Assembly: GCA_036560125.1 (NCBI GenBank)
Contig: DATBRW010000076.1
Location: forward strand, 1-40,176
Origin: Candidatus Limnocylindria bacterium
GTDB lineage: Bacteria > Chloroflexota > Limnocylindria > QHBO01
Direction: 5' to 3'
Length of the DNA stretch: 40,176 bases
In this document: piece after piece, positions 38,196 through 40,176 of the stretch
Layout of the letters: each line of letters starts with the position of its first letter
Numbering within the stretch: the stretch's first letter is position 1
The notes under the pieces: model-generated
Seen by the model: only the letters and a program-made list of their open reading frames with translations
Database searches by the model: none
What the model was told of the DNA's origin: nothing
Position numbers and translations under genes: made by a program

Positions 38196-39034
38196 CGGCC
38201 GACCCGACCGACGACACCGCCAGGCACCAGGCGGATGCTGCCCTCGCGCCGAAGCCGCCGGCGCACGTGGGCGAGGTGATCATCGCCGTCGAGGGGGTGC
38301 ACAAGTACTTCGGCGAGAACCACGTTCTCCGCGGCGTGGACCTGGAGGTGAGGCGTCGCGAGGCGGTGATGCTCATCGGTCCATCCGGAAGCGGAAAGAC
38401 CACGCTCCTGCGCTGCATCAACTTCCTGGAGGAGCCGACCATGGGCGCCGTCGAGATCGATGGGCTCAGGGTCATGGCCGATCCCTTCCGCGAGCGCGAC
38501 AAGCAGCACCAGGAGCTGATCCGCCAGATCCGGCTGCGGGCCGGGATGCTGTTCCAGGAGTTCAACCTGTTCCCGCACATGACGGTGCTGCAGAACCTCA
38601 TCGAAGCGCCGGTCCGCGTGCGCGGCATTCGCACCGATGAGGCAGTGGCGATCGCCGATGGGTTCCTTGAGAAGGTGGGGCTGAGCGACAAGCGCAACGA
38701 GTATCCGTCTCGGCTATCCGGCGGGCAGAAGCAGCGCGCGGCCATCGCGCGGGCGCTGTGCATGGAGCCGAAGGTGCTGATGTTCGACGAGCCAACCAGC
38801 GCCCTGGATCCCGAGCTGATCGGAGAGGTGCTGAAGGTCATGGAGGACCTGGCCCACGATGGCACGACCATGATCGTGGTCACCCATGAGATGCATTTCG
38901 CCCAGGACGCGGCCGACCGCGTGATCTTCATGGAGGACGGGCGGATCGTGGAGCAGGGACCGCCGGAGCAGGTGCTTGACGAGCCGCGCGTCGAGCGGAC
39001 GCGCCAGTTCCTGCGGCGCTTCCTGGACACGTAG
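38192..39034 (+). CDS. Amino-acid ABC transporter ATP-binding protein (GlnQ type)
   Basis: The ATG overlaps the permease stop (ATGA). Motifs are Walker A 'GPSGSGKTT', signature 'LSGGQKQRAAIARAL' and Walker B 'LMFDEPTSALD'. Confidence 0.92.
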   Translation: MTADPTDDTARHQADAALAPKPPAHVGEVIIAVEGVHKYFGENHVLRGVDLEVRRREAVMLIGPSGSGKTTLLRCINFLEEPTMGAVEIDGLRVMADPFRERDKQHQELIRQIRLRAGMLFQEFNLFPHMTVLQNLIEAPVRVRGIRTDEAVAIADGFLEKVGLSDKRNEYPSRLSGGQKQRAAIARALCMEPKVLMFDEPTSALDPELIGEVLKVMEDLAHDGTTMIVVTHEMHFAQDAADRVIFMEDGRIVEQGPPEQVLDEPRVERTRQFLRRFLDT

Positions 39035-39145
39035 GACATTTCGCGCGCAACCCATCGGTCCTTATCGGCGTCTTTACGACGGGCACACAGAATGCATAGG
39101 CGTGCCGCCAACGAGCCGAAAGGCCGCATGAGGGAGGAACTCGAG

Positions 39146-39343
39146 ATGGTCACCCGGCAGTGCACCCACTGCGACTCCGAGATCGAAGTCCCGGCCGTCG
39201 ATCGCATCAACTGCCCGGTCTGCGGCCTCGACCCGGACCTGCCCCCGCTCCGCTACGCCTTCGACGACGCGCCGGCGTTCTTCCTGGGCGGTGATCCGCG
39301 GCGCGTCAGCTTCGAGGTTGTTGAGAAGGCCGAAGTCGCCTAG
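39146..39343 (+). CDS. Small zinc-ribbon protein (65 aa)
   Basis: GAGGGAGG lies 8 nt upstream of the ATG. The zinc ribbon is 'CTHCDSEIEVPAVDRINCPVCG' (CxxC-N14-CxxC). Confidence 0.5.
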   Translation: MVTRQCTHCDSEIEVPAVDRINCPVCGLDPDLPPLRYAFDDAPAFFLGGDPRRVSFEVVEKAEVA

Positions 39344-39361
39344 CCCGATACCGTGGCCGGC

Positions 39362-39817
39362 CTAACGGCCAGGCCCGTACACCTCGGAGCGAGGTAGCCG
39401 CGCCGCCTCGGCCTTCGCCCGCACGTGGTCCTTCGCCGGCTTCAACGCCACCGGCACGTCCTTCGGCTTGCCGCCCTCGTGGGCGATGAGCCAGGCGAGC
39501 CCCTTCTGCGCGAGCTCCGCTCCCCCGCCGACGCCCGGCTCGATGAACGGCAGCACCACAAAGCCCCGCCGGCCCAGCCGTTCCAGCTCCACCTGCAGCG
39601 CCTGCGGATCCATGCCCAGCTCCGTCGCCAACGGTGTCAGCTCCACCACCTGGTTCGGCGCGCGCCGCAAGGGGCGAAGGATCCGCGCGTAGAGCTCGTC
39701 GTGCGGCAGCGGGTGCTTGGGATCGGGTGCGGGCTTGGTGGCCGCGGTGGTGCGGCGCACACCTGGCGCCCGGGCGGCAGGGGTCGCAGCTGGCTTGGCC
39801 GTGGTGGCTCGTGGCAT
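39362..39817 (-). CDS. Hypothetical protein (basic N-terminus, possible winged-helix core)
   Basis: I chose the ATG at 39817 (TATCCT 8 nt upstream, and it avoids overlap with the upstream gene). The core reads 'LATELGMDPQALQVELERLGRRGFVV'. No family recognised. Confidence 0.45.
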   Translation of the reverse strand: MPRATTAKPAATPAARAPGVRRTTAATKPAPDPKHPLPHDELYARILRPLRRAPNQVVELTPLATELGMDPQALQVELERLGRRGFVVLPFIEPGVGGGAELAQKGLAWLIAHEGGKPKDVPVALKPAKDHVRAKAEAARLPRSEVYGPGR

Positions 39818-39840
39818 GCGACGCGAGGATACCAGCGCGC

Positions 39841-40176
39841 TCAGCCCTCGACCGATTCTGCCCGCAGCCCAATCGCGAGTGGCACGCCCGCCGCCTGGCG
39901 CACGCTCTCGGCCAGGCGGTCTGACCATTCGGCCCGATGCGGCAGCCGCACCTCCCGCGTGGCTCCCGCTACCGGGATCGTGATGACCACCGGCAGCGCC
40001 CCAGGCCGGTCGCGGACGGCCTGCGTCACCGACTCGATGGCCGGCAGCAGCCGCTCCGTACCGATACCCTCCTCGAAGTCGATCCGGATGGTCCCCGCCT
40101 CGGTCGGTGAGGCCGATAGCGGCACCGCGTCAGCCGGCGCGGGCGTCTGCTCCGATGGCTCGGCCAGCGGGGTCGG
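39841..40176 (-). CDS. 3' end of a CDS that continues beyond the window
   Basis: The frame stays open to the window edge ('PTPLAEPSEQTPAPADAVPLSASPTEAGTIRIDFEEG...RPGALPVVITIPVAGATREVRLPHRAEW...'). The pattern loosely resembles the extreme C-terminus of some Pol III alpha subunits, but I cannot verify that. Confidence 0.4.
   Translation of the reverse strand, partial: PTPLAEPSEQTPAPADAVPLSASPTEAGTIRIDFEEGIGTERLLPAIESVTQAVRDRPGALPVVITIPVAGATREVRLPHRAEWSDRLAESVRQAAGVPLAIGLRAESVEG

Overview
High-GC chromosomal segment. Spot counts of 60-nt lines give about 63-73% G+C in core genes. The source looks like a monoderm, Actinomycetota-like (or related Terrabacteria) genome. Supporting traits are an LCP cell-wall ligase, many leaderless-type promoters, a GAAC-N4-GTTC SOS box, and polA..coaE..uvrB..uvrA order as in mycobacteria.

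The window is mostly housekeeping and unusually rich in DNA repair genes: uvrC, a compact UvrD-like helicase, uvrA, a UDG-superfamily glycosylase, uvrB, mutM/fpg and polA, with secDF at the left edge. Interspersed genes are:
- an LCP protein, an HD hydrolase, a GH1 beta-glucosidase and an orphan HicB-like protein
- a three-gene TadE/TadG/CpaB pilus module without pilin, peptidase or motor
- coaE, a membrane-anchored J-domain protein, an ECF sigma/anti-sigma pair and tRNA-Leu(CAA)

Right of the tRNA lies a patchy, lower-GC islet of about 3.5 kb. It holds a lipoprotein, a C-terminally anchored secreted protein, a response-regulator fragment, and an XRE-type HTH gene whose 3' end is a 7 x 18-nt tandem repeat.

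The right third encodes a low-affinity iron permease and a zinc-ribbon membrane protein. It also has an S33 peptidase / Rieske oxygenase / C-N hydrolase operon divergent from a polar amino-acid ABC transporter.

I saw no rRNA, CRISPR array, transposase, integrase or recognisable defence system. The best leads are the 18-nt repeat/XRE locus, the orphan Tad module wedged into the repair cluster, the highly structured uvrC-secD intergenic region, and the repair-gene concentration itself. None is compelling evidence for a new system. All protein calls rest on motif recognition by eye, not on database searches.
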